Below, one piece after another: positions 1-12,887 of a stretch of DNA of 64,000 nt. Source of the stretch: Octopus vulgaris (lineage: Eukaryota); contig OX597815.1 of NCBI GenBank assembly GCA_951406725.2, positions 131,316,001 to 131,380,000 on the forward strand, read 5' to 3'. Each line of letters opens with the position of its first letter. The first letter of the stretch is position 1. The notes beneath the pieces are model-generated. The model made no database searches, was not told the DNA's origin, and saw nothing but the letters and a program-made list of their open reading frames with translations. The position numbers were made by a program, and so were the translations under genes.

Positions 1-1112
1 ACATGAAAACAAGAAAGCATCATACTCAGTAACAAAACAGGCAAAGGAATACAACAAATTTCGGAATTAGAGAGACATACAAGAAACAGGCACAGAAAAA
101 GCTAAGCGCATGAAAACCCGTGCCAAAACTGCGGCCTTAGATATTCTAAATGATAAATGGCAAGAAAAACCTCTGTATGGCAAATACCCAAAGAGAGCGA
201 ATAATGCAGATGTTGACAAACCCCTGACCCATCAATGGCTAATGGCCTCTGGCTTAAAATCTGAAACAGAGGGGTTTATCATAGCAGCTCAAGATCAATG
301 CCTACCAACAAGAAACTACCAGGCCAACATATTAAAGATCGGCAGTAGCCCAACATGTTGTGTATGTCAGCAACAAAATGAAACCATTGATCATGTGGTC
401 TCCAAGTGCAGTCTTCTAGCGCCTACAGAGTATCTCAACAGGCATGATAGAGCTGCACAATATATTCACTGGGTAATCTTCAAAAACCTGGATTTGCTCC
501 ATGAAAAAACTGGTGGGAACACAAACCACCCCCAGTCCTTGAAAATGACCACATCCCACTCCTCTGGAACTTCACCATTGAAACTGACAGAAAGATAGAT
601 GCAAATATGCCAGACATCATATTGAAAGACTTCAGACAAAGAACATGCCTCTTCATTGATATGACTGTCCCAATCGATATAAACGTATCTGTCAAGACCT
701 ACCAAAAACTGAGCAAATATAAAGATCTTGAATTAGAAATCAGCAAAATGTGGAACCTGAAGACTAAAACAATACCTGTTGTCATAGGTGCCCTGGGAAT
801 GATAGCAAAAGGGGCTGTTTGCTCCCTAACTCAGATACCAGGAAACCCAAAAATGACAGAAATTCAAAAGATAGTGCTCATGGGAACTGCTCATATCCTA
901 CGCAAAATACTTTCTATGTAATCTCAAGTTTTAAAACAAACATAATTTTCGTGTTTTTTTTTTTTTGACATTCACTAGTACAACACAAAATACAAAACCA
1001 AATATATGGCACACTAGGCATAACACCATCACGAACTTCCAACCTGTTGCCACTTGAGGTCTCTGGGTGAGACTTGGAGCCAACTTGTACAAATATAAAG
1101 CAAAAGTCAAAC
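1..1112 (+). mobile_element. R4/Dong-like non-LTR retrotransposon, 3' part (CCHC finger + restriction-like endonuclease), frameshifted
   Basis: ORFs 110-598 and 607-921 carry CCVC...ETIDHVVSKC, YLNRHD, PDII, KLSKYKDLELEI and IPVVIGALG; the 3' UTR runs directly into (AAT)n. Confidence 0.85.
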
Positions 1113-1285
<173 letters not shown>

Positions 1286-1334
1286 CATCGAAAAATACCT
1301 TAAGAATGAGAACCCAGGTTCGAAATTTCTCCAA

Positions 1335-1380
1335 GACACCTGATAAAGGCTGGAGCATATATCAGTCGAAACGTTGTGTT
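1335..1380 (+). ncRNA. Minimal type I hammerhead ribozyme motif (G8>A) in PLE-like terminal remnant ~1284-1435
   Basis: GACAC CTGATAA A GGCTG-loop-CAGTC GAA ACGT T GTGTT: stems I and II pair, palindromic ACGT stem III. Confidence 0.75.
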
Positions 1381-1856
1381 AACAACAAACAAGATGAGGA
1401 CAAATATCCGTCAAATGTGAATAATGTAAATAATGTTTAATGATGTATGTAATTATAGATTCTGAAGATTCTGCGTATATTCTTTAACTAGAAATGTGTG
1501 GCCATGCTCTTATATTCCCAATTACTATAATGCGCAGGAAGTTTTCCTTTTGCTGACTACAACAAAATAAACACATGGTAGCAAAAATTAAAAGATTTAA
1601 GTACAGACCTTTTACTTTGGTAAAATTATCAAACTGTCTTCATGTAATCCTTGAAGTGGAAGATGAAGGTGGAGTGAGAAATGTTTCTTTTGCGAGACGT
1701 ATATGGAAGGTCGAGGGCAGAAACATTGGATTTTTTCAATAACTTGGAGATGGAAATGATACGTCCCTAGAAATGATGGTTGTTGCGTTAAGGGATGCAC
1801 TGAGCCTGTCTGAGTAATCCTCTCCCCCACCGAGTGCTCTTATATCTTATGTTATC

Positions 1857-2251
1857 TTTTACTTGCTTCAGTCATAGGCATGTGGCCATGCCGATGCACC
1901 ACCTACAAGGGTTTAATCGAACGAATCGACCCCTGCACATAATATTTGAAGTTTCCTACTCAATATGAATCTCTCTTTTTGATGAACCGCTAGGCTGCAG
2001 GGACATAAATAAACCAATACCGGTTCTCCAGCGGTGCAGGATACTGACACAAGCCTAAAGACACACACACATACACGCGTACACATACATTCTCATACGC
2101 ATACACATACATAAACATACACAGATTGTCTTCCACGTAACTTCTGTTAATAAATCCAGTCATTTGCAGGCCTACGCTATTGTAAAAGAGAAATTGGACC
2201 CGAAACCTCGTGTCTGAAAACTGGATTTCTAAGCCACACAGCCATCTCTGC
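1857..2251 (-). mobile_element. tRNA-derived SINE family B (head + internal microsatellite + tail), degenerate
   Basis: Reverse complement of the head and tail seen at 48448-49006 and 50005-50490. Confidence 0.7.
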
Positions 2252-3371
2252 ATCTATATAATGATTGTGCACACACATATACCTATGTCTGCCAAGTTCT
2301 TTTGTTCTTTCTTTCTTTCTTTCTTTCTTTCTCACTCTTCTCTCCTCACACGCACATGGATAGAGAGATGCGAGAAAAAACTCTGTACAATAGCTAAGTA
2401 CAATAGCTTATTCTGGGTGATCGAGTTCACTATCATTCTGAAGTTTCCAGAAGTTTGATGGCAGGGAATAAAATGGATGGGAAAGAACATATTGCTTCAC
2501 GCAATGGTGGATAGACAAGAACTTGCAATTGCTTGTCAGATGAACATCAAAGTAAAATAAATGTGTAGTTGAACGTCCGTCAAATGTAATATTATTTCAA
2601 TACATACAGGCTTTTGCCATGTCTCAGCAGAACAAAAGTACAGAAGCAGTGAAAAGTGTGGAAAAGTATGATAGATTGTTGGGTATTGATGTGCAATAAT
2701 ATTTCAAATATAGAAAATTAAGAATTATTACAACTAGCTTGTAGTGGATTATTCCATCAATCTATACCCATTGAGACAGTGAAGTAGTGGAATAAAATGA
2801 AGGAAAGGATTTAGAATGGGAAGAAAGACGGTAAGAAAACATAGTAAGATGCTAAAAACCTGCCCAAGTCAATTATAAACATAATCAGAAACATCATAAA
2901 ATTTCATAAAAATAAAAAAAATAAAAATATCAAATACAGGAACGTAATGTCGTTCTTGCTACCGAAAGTAGATTCTGCTGTTAAGTGTTCATTTCGGTAC
3001 AGCGTAATGCATAAAGCTTACTATTTCTGCAATCAGGGAAGAATAATTGCTGACTCGATATCAAGCGTTCTTAAGCCAAAGTTGATGATGTCACCACGAA
3101 TTATATACAATATTTAAGCACTGTCTGGCGTAACTTGAGAACAACTTACTTTCAATGCGGGTCCCTAACAAAAGTATCCAGTTGATTAACTTTGGTCTCG
3201 TTGTGTATGTGGTTTGGCACGCCAGAATATGGTTATATTGTTATTCTCTGATATATTTTCTGGTGTAGGTTTATACTACTCTATGTTGATATTTTATAAT
3301 ACAAGCATAATTTCCCTTATGTAAAAGCGCCAGTTTTTCTTATGCCTATACATATTCTTTTATTCTTATAT

Positions 3372-3634
3372 TCTTTTACTTGTTTCAGTCATTTGACTGC
3401 GGCCACGCTGGAGCACCGCCTTTAGTCGACCAAGTCCACCCAGGACTTATTCTTTTGTAAGCCTAGCACTTATTCTAATTGGTATCTTTTGCAGAAAAGC
3501 TAAGTTACGGGGACGTAAACACACCAGCATCGGTTGTCAAGCGATGTTGGGGGACTAAGACAGACACACAAACATACACACATACATGCACATACACACA
3601 CACATATATATGTAGGTTAGCTGAGTTCTGTTTT

Positions 3635-3693
<59 letters not shown>

Positions 3694-3947
3694 CGGAGAC
3701 GTACTTGCATAGCAAGTGATTTGATCTGGGATCGTGTGCTGGAACGAAAATAATTGCAGCGTGGAAGGTGTTTGTAAGCCATTTAAGAAACACACAAAAA
3801 TCAGTGCTACAGTACGGATTTTTGTCAGTGAACAGGTTGTGGTCTTATAGCGACGAAAATATTTTGACAAATTAAACTTAAATGTTGAAGTGAATCGAAC
3901 TCTTTTGTGTGTTTCATAAATGGCTTACGAACACCTTCCACGCTGCA

Positions 3948-4008
<61 letters not shown>

Positions 4009-4034
4009 TCGTCGTCGTAACCGACGGAGTGCTT

Positions 4035-4072
<38 letters not shown>

Positions 4073-4217
4073 GACGGGCTTCTTTTAGTTTTCGTCTACC
4101 AACTCCACTCACAAGGTTTTGGTCGGATATAGTTGAAGACGCTCGACCAAGGTGCCACGCAGTGGGACTGAACCCAGAACCATGTGGTTGATAAGCACAG
4201 ACCCACGCCTACGCCTA
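3372..4217 (-). mobile_element. SINE family B with PLE-like insertion in its internal (TA)n
   Basis: Tail 3372-3570 and head 4070-4217 match the other copies; insert at 3690-3950. Confidence 0.8.
3821..3871 (+). ncRNA. Minimal hammerhead ribozyme, G3:C8 core variant
   Basis: TTTGTCA GTGAACA G GTTGT-loop-GCGAC GAA AATATT T TGACAAA; perfect 7-bp stem I. Confidence 0.7.
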
Positions 4218-4501
4218 TATATACATTTCTTCTTGACTTAGCTTGGACAGCTAAAGACAGAGAAGTTAATTGATTCTCCCAAACTTCATACATTCTGTAG
4301 TTACTTAAAGTATTCTGCGCCATTACCGGCGTTTGATACATTCTAGTTGCGAAGGCTTTCATCCAAGGTCAAAAACAATTCTTCAGTTTTAAATTTCACT
4401 CAGTGATAGGATTGTTCTTCTTTTATCTATTTTCACCATGTTTAATGTCAGTGTAAAGTCTTTTGTCGTTATCGCTTTACCAAAGCATTCTGTAGGCCCA
4501 T

Positions 4502-4792
4502 TCTTCTTCTTCTTCTTCTTCTTCTTCTTCTTCTTCTTCTTCTTCTTCTTCTTCTTCTTCTTCTTCTTCTTCTTCTTCTTCTTCTCCTCCTCCTCCTCCT
4601 GCTCCTCATCTACTTGTTCCTATAAAACCTTCTCCTTCTTCCCCTCCTCCTCCTCCTCCTCCTCCCCATCTAATTATTTAATTGTTGTTGTTGTTGTTGT
4701 TCTTGTTCTTCTTCTTCTTCTTCTTCTTCTTCTTATTATTATTATTATTATTATTATTATCATTATTATTATCATCATCATCATCATCATCA

Positions 4793-4858
<66 letters not shown>
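4502..4858. repeat. Compound trinucleotide microsatellite (TTC/TCC/TTG/TTA/TCA)
   Basis: Direct reading. Confidence 0.95.
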
Positions 4859-4859
<1 letters not shown>

Positions 4860-4869
4860 GATATGAAAA

Positions 4870-5215
4870 GTCATAGCTTATTTTGCTGGGTATGATGGCA
4901 AGTGTCAGCTGTTCACAGCCAGCAGACTAAGTTGACACTTGTTTACTGGTCATGCTTCAAGAACCCTGGGAAGAATTCTTGCAGTTCCAAGCAATGCTGA
5001 TTTTTTTTAGGTGTCCTACATTCACACTTGCACCCATCTTTTTCAGCCATGTGCTGATAGTTTCAAGTGCACCAACTACTGTTGGTATCACGTCTACTCT
5101 CTTCATTGACCACAAACTTCGTATTTCCCACTTTAAATCATCATAGTCGTTTATTTTTTCTTCTTTCACTTTGATCCTGTTGTCACCGGGGCATGCTATG
5201 TCGATAATCACACAT
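4870..5215 (-). mobile_element. R4/Dong-like LINE 3' fragment between (TAA)n tracts
   Basis: ORF 4957-5211: IIDIACPGD...EKINDYDDLKWEI...IPTVVGAL; flanked by (TTA)n on both sides. Confidence 0.8.
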
Positions 5216-5250
5216 TTTCTTTATTATTATTATTAGTAGTAGTATTATTA

Positions 5251-5329
<79 letters not shown>

Positions 5330-6115
5330 CGTCGTCGTCGTCATCATCATCATCATCATCATCATCATTATTGAATTATTTCTCTTTGTATGTAAACAAC
5401 TTTGTCAGAATAGAGATAATATTGTATTTTAACGAATATTCGGTTGTGGCTTTTGAAAGAAAACACGTTTAAGTCGCGGTCTACAAAGTTGTTCTGTAAA
5501 CAGATTTAGCTAATAATATAAATTACTGACAAAATTCTTTGGGGGAATATGTCCCTAATATAATGATTTCTCTGTTTATGTTTTTGGTAAAAATGAGACA
5601 AATACAACTGATTGTATCTCTTGAGACATTTTAAGTTTCATGTTAATGCACTGATTGACATTTGTTTTGAATACAGTCTGGATATGTTCTTTAAAAGTAA
5701 TATTGCTGTACTGTAGCACACCTTATATACTTTTGAAGACGTAGTGTAGCACCATTCTTAACTATTGTTAGTACATTAATCTTCCATAATAACATTTACG
5801 GAAATTAGTCTAATTTTGCTTTTGATTAAACATATCACGGCAACTTAATTTTTGTCAGAATTTTTATTCTATTAAGTCAATTTCTTTTAAGGCAATAGGT
5901 GGAGGTGGAGTCAGTGTTAATACCTGTTATATAAAAAGCTTTTAGTCTTCCTACTTACTATACTGTTTTGACAATGCTATTAAACTGATTACCGTACTCA
6001 AAGTGATAAAATTCTTTTCAATCAACTTCTTCCAATCATCAACAAATTTTAAAATTATATTTAGTATATATTTAAAATACAAAATATATTTAACCTTAAA
6101 GTATATTTAAAATTA

Positions 6116-6317
6116 GTGCACTTGGAAGTGTCAGCACTCAACTACCAGCATAGCTGAAAAAGATATGTGCCAATGTGAAGGTAGAACATCTACAAAAATC
6201 AGCATTGCTTAGAGCTGCAAGAATTCTTCGCAGGGTTCTTGAAGCATGACCAGTAAACAAGTCACCTTACTCTGCTGGCTGTGGACAGCTGACACTTTCC
6301 ATCATACCCAGCATAAC
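6116..6317 (+). mobile_element. 3' end fragment of the same R4-like family as 4870-5215
   Basis: Reverse-complement similarity to 4880-5075 (GCATGACCAGTAAACAAGT...CAGCTGACACTT). Confidence 0.75.
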
Positions 6318-6739
6318 GTTTCTTAAGCAAAAAACATAAGATGTGTTTGAAGTTTATACATAATTCGGTCTTCACCTATAAATAAAGAAAAACTCCAGCT
6401 AGATGACAAGTGGATTATAATGTCATTGTATTTCATTGCGACAAAAATAATATTTTTGCTCAATGGTCTGCAGTATTCAGTGCAATACTGTGGTCAAAAT
6501 GACTGAGATTTGGCGGTGTTCATCTGAGAGTAAATTCGTCTGTCACTTATTTATTGGCGCAGTGGATTATAGAGATCTATGAAAAGAAACCATGATTTTG
6601 GTTTTAGCTCTACGACCAAAACAATGTACAAGAGTAATTTCAATTTAAACTTTGTGAATCGCTAGAACTTATTTAAAATTTCAATGTTTTCTTGATGTAT
6701 CCAGGAGAAAGTAACTGTATTTATGACCTCCACAAACCC

Positions 6740-6990
6740 TAAGAGATTACTGTGTTGCAGAGAAGCAGAAAATGATAAGAGGGTGGAATTCCAGAGAGAT
6801 GAAACTCTGGGAAGATAGGGCTACAAGAAGGGATTAGTACAAGGTGTTTTATGATGGAGTTGGACTGGATATTATAGGTGACGAGTAGGGGAGACACGAC
6901 CGAGTCGTTAGTCTGTGAGTCCATGAGTGGTCGTAGCAATAGGCCGATCAGTTTCGAGAAACAGAGGTCAGTATAGTGTCAGAAGAAATG
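6740..6990 (-). mobile_element. Possible Penelope-like RT-EN linker fragment
   Basis: ORF 6739-6939 SPLLVTYN...SIIKHL...PIFP resembles the PLVVTY..II.K..IF..P linker of PLEs. Confidence 0.35.
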
Positions 6991-7011
6991 TGGGAAGAAA
7001 GAAAGTGAGAA

Positions 7012-7090
<79 letters not shown>

Positions 7091-8338
7091 TGTATTCTTT
7101 GTATCAAAGTTTGGAGTGTTTAGGTGGGGACGAAACTAAATTCTGCATCTCGAAGATAAACAAACAAAATTTATTATATTGTTATGATGGGTACATTAAA
7201 ACTTTAAGTTCTTTGTTCGGTCAGTAATAACCTTACCATTCGTTTGCCCATGATGAATACATCAACCCTTTTTGATGACAAAGTGTAATGTGATATAATG
7301 TAAGCAAATATCTTTAAAACTCCAAAGAGCTTATTAAGGATTGGGATAAATGTCTCCAACAGTCTATATCAGCTTATCTTTCAGATGATATAGTACTTTT
7401 TTCTGGGAACAGTTTATTACTTAAAATACATTCACTAGAGAAACGATGAGAAAAAGCCGTAAACAAATATCTGCCAAATTGCTTTTTCTTATGAATACTT
7501 CATGGTCTTCCACTGACAATTATAGCAGTGCACCATTCTTATCCGTTCAGAAAGTTTTCGAGATTGCTTTACTTTCGCAACAGTTGCGTCATTCCATTGA
7601 TAGCAACAATAACCTCTCATAATTTTTTTTTCTACTAGATTTGTTGACAAATGAAATAAAAAAAAAGATAAACGAAATATTTAAAGGTCATTAGCATCAA
7701 TCATTGAGTCTTAACTGGTTCTTCGAGCTTGCAAAATAAAACAAATTGTGGTAACTGGTAATCGCTTGATTCTTGATGCACATCGGAGAGTTCTAAGCGA
7801 AAAGTAAGAACATTTATAATAATCATGCCATTGAGATTTAGAAACTACTCTTAACTTTTCACATGCTCGGTTTTATTCCCAAATATTCTCTGGTAGTTTA
7901 TTTTTGAGAAGATCCATATATCTTTAAAACTCCTTTCAGCCATTAGAGAAAACTTGATTTTTAGAATTTTAAATAATTTGTTCTTGAATTTCTGGTCAAC
8001 TGAATTTTCTAGTTGTTAAGCAGTCAAATGAATTGCGATACGAAAATGTAAAAGAAATTCTTAATGAATAACTACCATTAAATATGAGAATAGCTTTCCA
8101 AAGACGGTTTAGTGAAAAGAGAATTAGGACCCTAAAGAAATATAATCTTGTGAGTTCAGTCTCATCCGAAGAGGTTCATAAATGTTACAATTATGGCACT
8201 TCAATTACGTGACAAAAACAAGGTGTTCGGAACATTGCAACAAATGAGTTTCTATAGATTGCTTCGCATGTCTGAAATAGCAGTTAAGTGTTTCTTTTAT
8301 TAAAAACATTCCATTATCTTTAATATTACGGGAAAAAA

Positions 8339-8530
8339 AGGCGGCGTGCTGCCAGAATTGTTAGCACGGTGGGCAAAATCAGCGGCGTTTCGCGTCCGTC
8401 TTTATTTTCTCCGTGTTCAAATTCCGTCGAGGTTGACTTTGTCTTTCATCCTTTCGGATGAGCACTAGAACTGATGTAATTGGCTTATCCCACCCTTAAA
8501 ATTACTGGCCCTGTACCAAAGTTTGAAACT
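8339..8530 (+). mobile_element. tRNA-derived SINE family A (Meta-domain-like core)
   Basis: GGCGG..CAGAATTGTTAGCAC...TTCAAATTCCG..GAGGTTGACTTTGTCTTTCATCCTTTCGG; matches 63453-63890. Confidence 0.8.
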
Positions 8531-9207
8531 AATATTAGGAGAAAAAAACATTGGATAATATAATTCGAGAAGTACAATGACTTACACAAAAATGGATGAC
8601 TATTGGCGCAGTCTTTGCTCATGTATCTGTGTACTCAAGATTGGACAAGAGTTAAACAGCAATTATAACAAGAAAGTGCTTGAAGCTTTGTGTTCGAAAG
8701 AATGGAATAGTTTATCATTCTAAAGAGGGGTATGAAGAAATCTGTTTTTTTTAATAAAAAATACATCACAACATCAATAACTCAATATAAATTCATTGCA
8801 TTTATTATAGGAAGCGTTTTCATTTGCTTTTCACTATTGTTGCGCCTCCCGTCTTTATTTACAAGCAGAATAAAATGAATTAAAAATAGAAAATAAGCGT
8901 ATATATATATATATATCTATATGTGCCTGTGACAATGGGTATATATGAATATACAAGTGTCTGTGAGAGCCGGTGATAGAATGTGTCGTAGTGTGTGTGT
9001 TTGTGTCTACTCGAAAAAATCATATAACCTATATGTATTGAAAAGATCGACATTTGAAATAATAATAATCAACCACAGAAATATTTGTATATACGTATTT
9101 ATTTATGCAGAAATGTATTTGTATATGTTCTGATATAGGCATCAGAAATGAGAGTTAGTTAGGTGATTTTTATGCTGAATCTTGTCACAATTTACTACAT
9201 ATGTATT

Positions 9208-9263
<56 letters not shown>

Positions 9264-12200
9264 TATATATATATGCATATATATATGTGTGTGTGAGTGT
9301 GTGTATACACATGTGATTGTACATACATACATGAGTACATACGCACACATATCCACACACGCACTACCTATATAAATACTATACTTTACATACATGTATA
9401 TACATACTAATTGATATATATTTAACTATATGATACGTAAATACGCACAAACACGCCCACACACGTACATGTATATTTATGTTGGTATTACACATGAATA
9501 CACCCAAACATACGCACATATGTCTGTGTGCGCGCACGCACATGTGCGTGCTTGTGTTTGCGTACATGTACGCGGGAGCTTGTGCGTAAATATGTATACA
9601 CTCACATACATTCACACTTATGAAAATAGTGCTTTTGTTATTCTTACTAGCATTAATGTAAAACATTTTTTTTTATTGTAGCTAAGATAATTTTTCAGTG
9701 AAGCGATTTATCATGAGAATGCAAATAAACTTTTATGAATTGAATTTTGCTGTAAATATGGAGGTGTTTTGATAATATATAATCGTAACCCTAATAATAC
9801 CTTCATTATTAAATACAGAACACATCAATTTTCATGAATGTTTATATACTTCAATGTTCTACTTTTGTTTGTTAATTCCTTTATTTCTGATGTAATATAT
9901 TATCAACGTTTTGTTCTTTACACAACATTCTTGTATATATTCTTCTTTGTAGCGGTGGCATGGATGAAAACATATTCGGAAAATTTTTGAGGTTTGCATA
10001 GTATGTAGAGGAAGCCTTTTTCTTTTCTAAGTCAAACTTTACCTGCGTTGTGGATCATTCAGTCTGTTTCGGTGAGGCATTTATTGACGCTGGTAATCAT
10101 TCATTGGCTTTCTTACTCGAAAGCACACTGATTTACTGCAGCTTGAAACATTGACCACGTGGGCAATAGCCTTGTGGAGTTATAGTTCTTCTATTGCAAA
10201 ATCGCCAGTTTAAATCTGTCTGAGTATATCTACAGAAGGACGGATAGTCAAGTCAGATAAAAAAAAGGAAAAGAGAAGACTGTTCTTACTTTAATATTTT
10301 AAAACAATTTAATAAATAATTTGCTACATTCTATTCCCTACAGTGCTATTTGGGGGAAAATATATTGCATGCAGTTAAGGGATATCTTATTTGATGCAAA
10401 GCGGCGAAAAGGAAATTACATTCGTCATATTGTTTTGTATTTGCTTCTTTATAATTTTTGAACGTTATATGCATTAAAAATATTAACATTAGTTTACTTA
10501 TTAGATTGAAAGCGAACGGAGTCTGTAAATTACTGACTTTCTAAATAACCCCATGATTTTGTGCCAATCAAAGTATTTTTCAAATATTTATTAATTATTC
10601 TTTCTTTTTTTGTATATTACGTTAGTCATTTTTGTGTTAGTCTGTTTCAGCAATTATGGCGCATGCTAATCTTTATTGATGAGGTGAGAATAAGGTCGAA
10701 AACATCTGTATCTGCTAAGAGCACTTCTCGGAAAATTTAAAATTAGTTATCGGTTAATATAATTTTTTCCGATAGTGCATGTTTACTTCAACATGGCATT
10801 TTAATTATTAAATACCTAACATTTTTAACATTAACTTAGCTGTTCTATTTGTTTGTTTTTAAAATAGAGATGTTAATATTTGATGGTATTAACAGAAAGT
10901 ACAAGCAAAATAAACTGGTCCAAAATTATTTTTCTCTCCATAGAATTCGCTGGATTTTACTGGTAACATAAATAATAATTTAAGCTGAGAAAAGATAATG
11001 ACATAAATATTTTGGTATGAATGTGTTTAATATGTCTTTGGATTTCCTGAGAGTAAAAGCAATAGTGTGTTTACACACTTGTTCAATTTGAAATATTTAA
11101 GCAAATATCTCTTTAAAATATCCTTACCATCTTTAAAATTGGAAACTGTGTTTGGAAATAAATTGTTAATTAGATTATAGATTATATTTGTGGAATGTAG
11201 TGTTTACAATAAAAAAAAAAAACGTCGCTACAGAAATTCATTGCAAATGATCAGATATTGCAAATCTAGGTTTGGCGTAGAGAAATTAATGTATAATAAA
11301 AAATAGATGTGTAAAAAAGAAACAAAAAAAAAACAAACAAACAAAAAGCAAGCAACAAAATAAAATAAAATCGCAATGTAAATTTTAAATATTTAGAATG
11401 CATCAAGCTTTTAATAAATTGAGAAATTGCTCGAGTTACATGATACATAATTTATTGACGCTATCAATAATGAAAACATGTAGTAGTAAAACATAGACGG
11501 TAAATGTAGAAGATCTACTGCAATTGGAGTGAAATGAGATATATGGAAGCAAACTTGTAATATAAATTAAATGTAAATACACCGTGCCAGTGATGGTGCC
11601 ATACAAATTGCCAAAAAGTTATTCTGAAACTTCAATATGAAATGGATGTTAAAAAAACACTACTAGAGATATTGGCTGATATCAAAGAAAAACAACTCCA
11701 TATACATGTGTAATTCAAATAAATGACAATCAGATGAGAACATGTTGTGTGATGAAAGTAGTGGTCATGTAGGTATTTGTATTTCTGATAACATTTTCAT
11801 TGAGATATTCAAAGTTAAAATATATTGGTGAAATAAAGTTTTGTATGGATTATTTGTGTTATTTTATTGTTATTATCATTATTTTTTTTTGCCGTTATGC
11901 ACACACCACAACTCGGCTGAACTATCATGAAAATGATACAATGCCTTTGAAGGAAAAGAGAAGTACAATGGCTGTGAGGTCATGATGCAGCATTACTGAT
12001 CACGTGGTAGTAATTCAAATTTCATTATCGTCGCCATTGTGTTGTAGCGCTGAGAAATGTTTGCGACAGTTTCTTTAACAGATAAAAACACGTTCAACTA
12101 TTATTTCGAAGTTGAAGATTCAGTAGGAGAAATGTCTTGCAAGTTCACAAAACAAAACAAAACATTCCATTCATGGGTTGCTTAGAAAATAAAGAAAAAA

Positions 12201-12510
12201 ATTGGCATATAAAATAAGAGAACAAATTTTATTTTGCCCAGTACAAATGAAATAAGCAGTAATGCTTCTTTTTTTCTGACAACAGAAAATACACATCAAG
12301 TACCAAATACACAGAATCACATAAGTTTAAAAGATTACTGAACAGCACTACTGAGTAAATTTCAACTAGACGCAGGCATGGGTGTGTGTTAAGAAGTTTA
12401 CTTCTCAACCAAATGGTTTCAAGACCAGTCTTCTAATACACCTCCGAATATTTCGTTCTTGGATATGGTTTGCAAGATTCTTTATGTCAGTTCGTATGTT
12501 TAAGCATATT

Positions 12511-12783
12511 CTGTTGTGTCTGGGGAGAGTCGTTTTCTTTTTGTGCTTTATAATTTATCACACTCACCGGCAAAATTTCCACTTATTCCTTATTTTTATT
12601 TTCCTAAAATTTCCGAGGCGTCTTGCAACATTTTTCAATAGTCTTTAAGAGTCAAGACTAACAAAAAGGTTGCAAGACGCAACGAAAATTCTAGGAAAAA
12701 TGAAAATACGGGATAAGTGGAATTTTTACCGGTGTGTTAAATTATAAGGCACGAAAAGAAAATGACTCTCTCCAGACACAACA

Positions 12784-12784
<1 letters not shown>
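12511..12784. mobile_element. Foldback of two inverted PLE-like terminal repeats, each with a degenerate HHR
   Basis: ~130-bp arms CTGTTGTGTCTGG...TAGTCTT / AAGACTA...CCAGACACAACAG; same family as 16395-16525. Confidence 0.75.
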
Positions 12785-12843
<59 letters not shown>

Positions 12844-12887
12844 TATATATACGCAGGAGTGGCTGTGTGGTATGTAGCTTGCTTACC

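Larger units (their letters stand above)
5500..8300 (-). pseudogene. Highly degenerate hAT (ZMYM1/DUF4371-like) transposase remnants, interrupted by other repeats
   Basis: Scattered frameshifted minus-strand motifs in the expected order: SFRG..SLNR-like (~8130), PEIQEQII (~7990), YFSL..SD..QL-like (~7790), NGA (~7530, ~5750). Confidence 0.35.

Noticed and set aside
10041-10230. Possible minus-strand exon (CTGTAG acceptor, CAG|GTAAAG donor)
   Set aside because: All three frames contain stops; a non-coding exon cannot be supported from sequence alone
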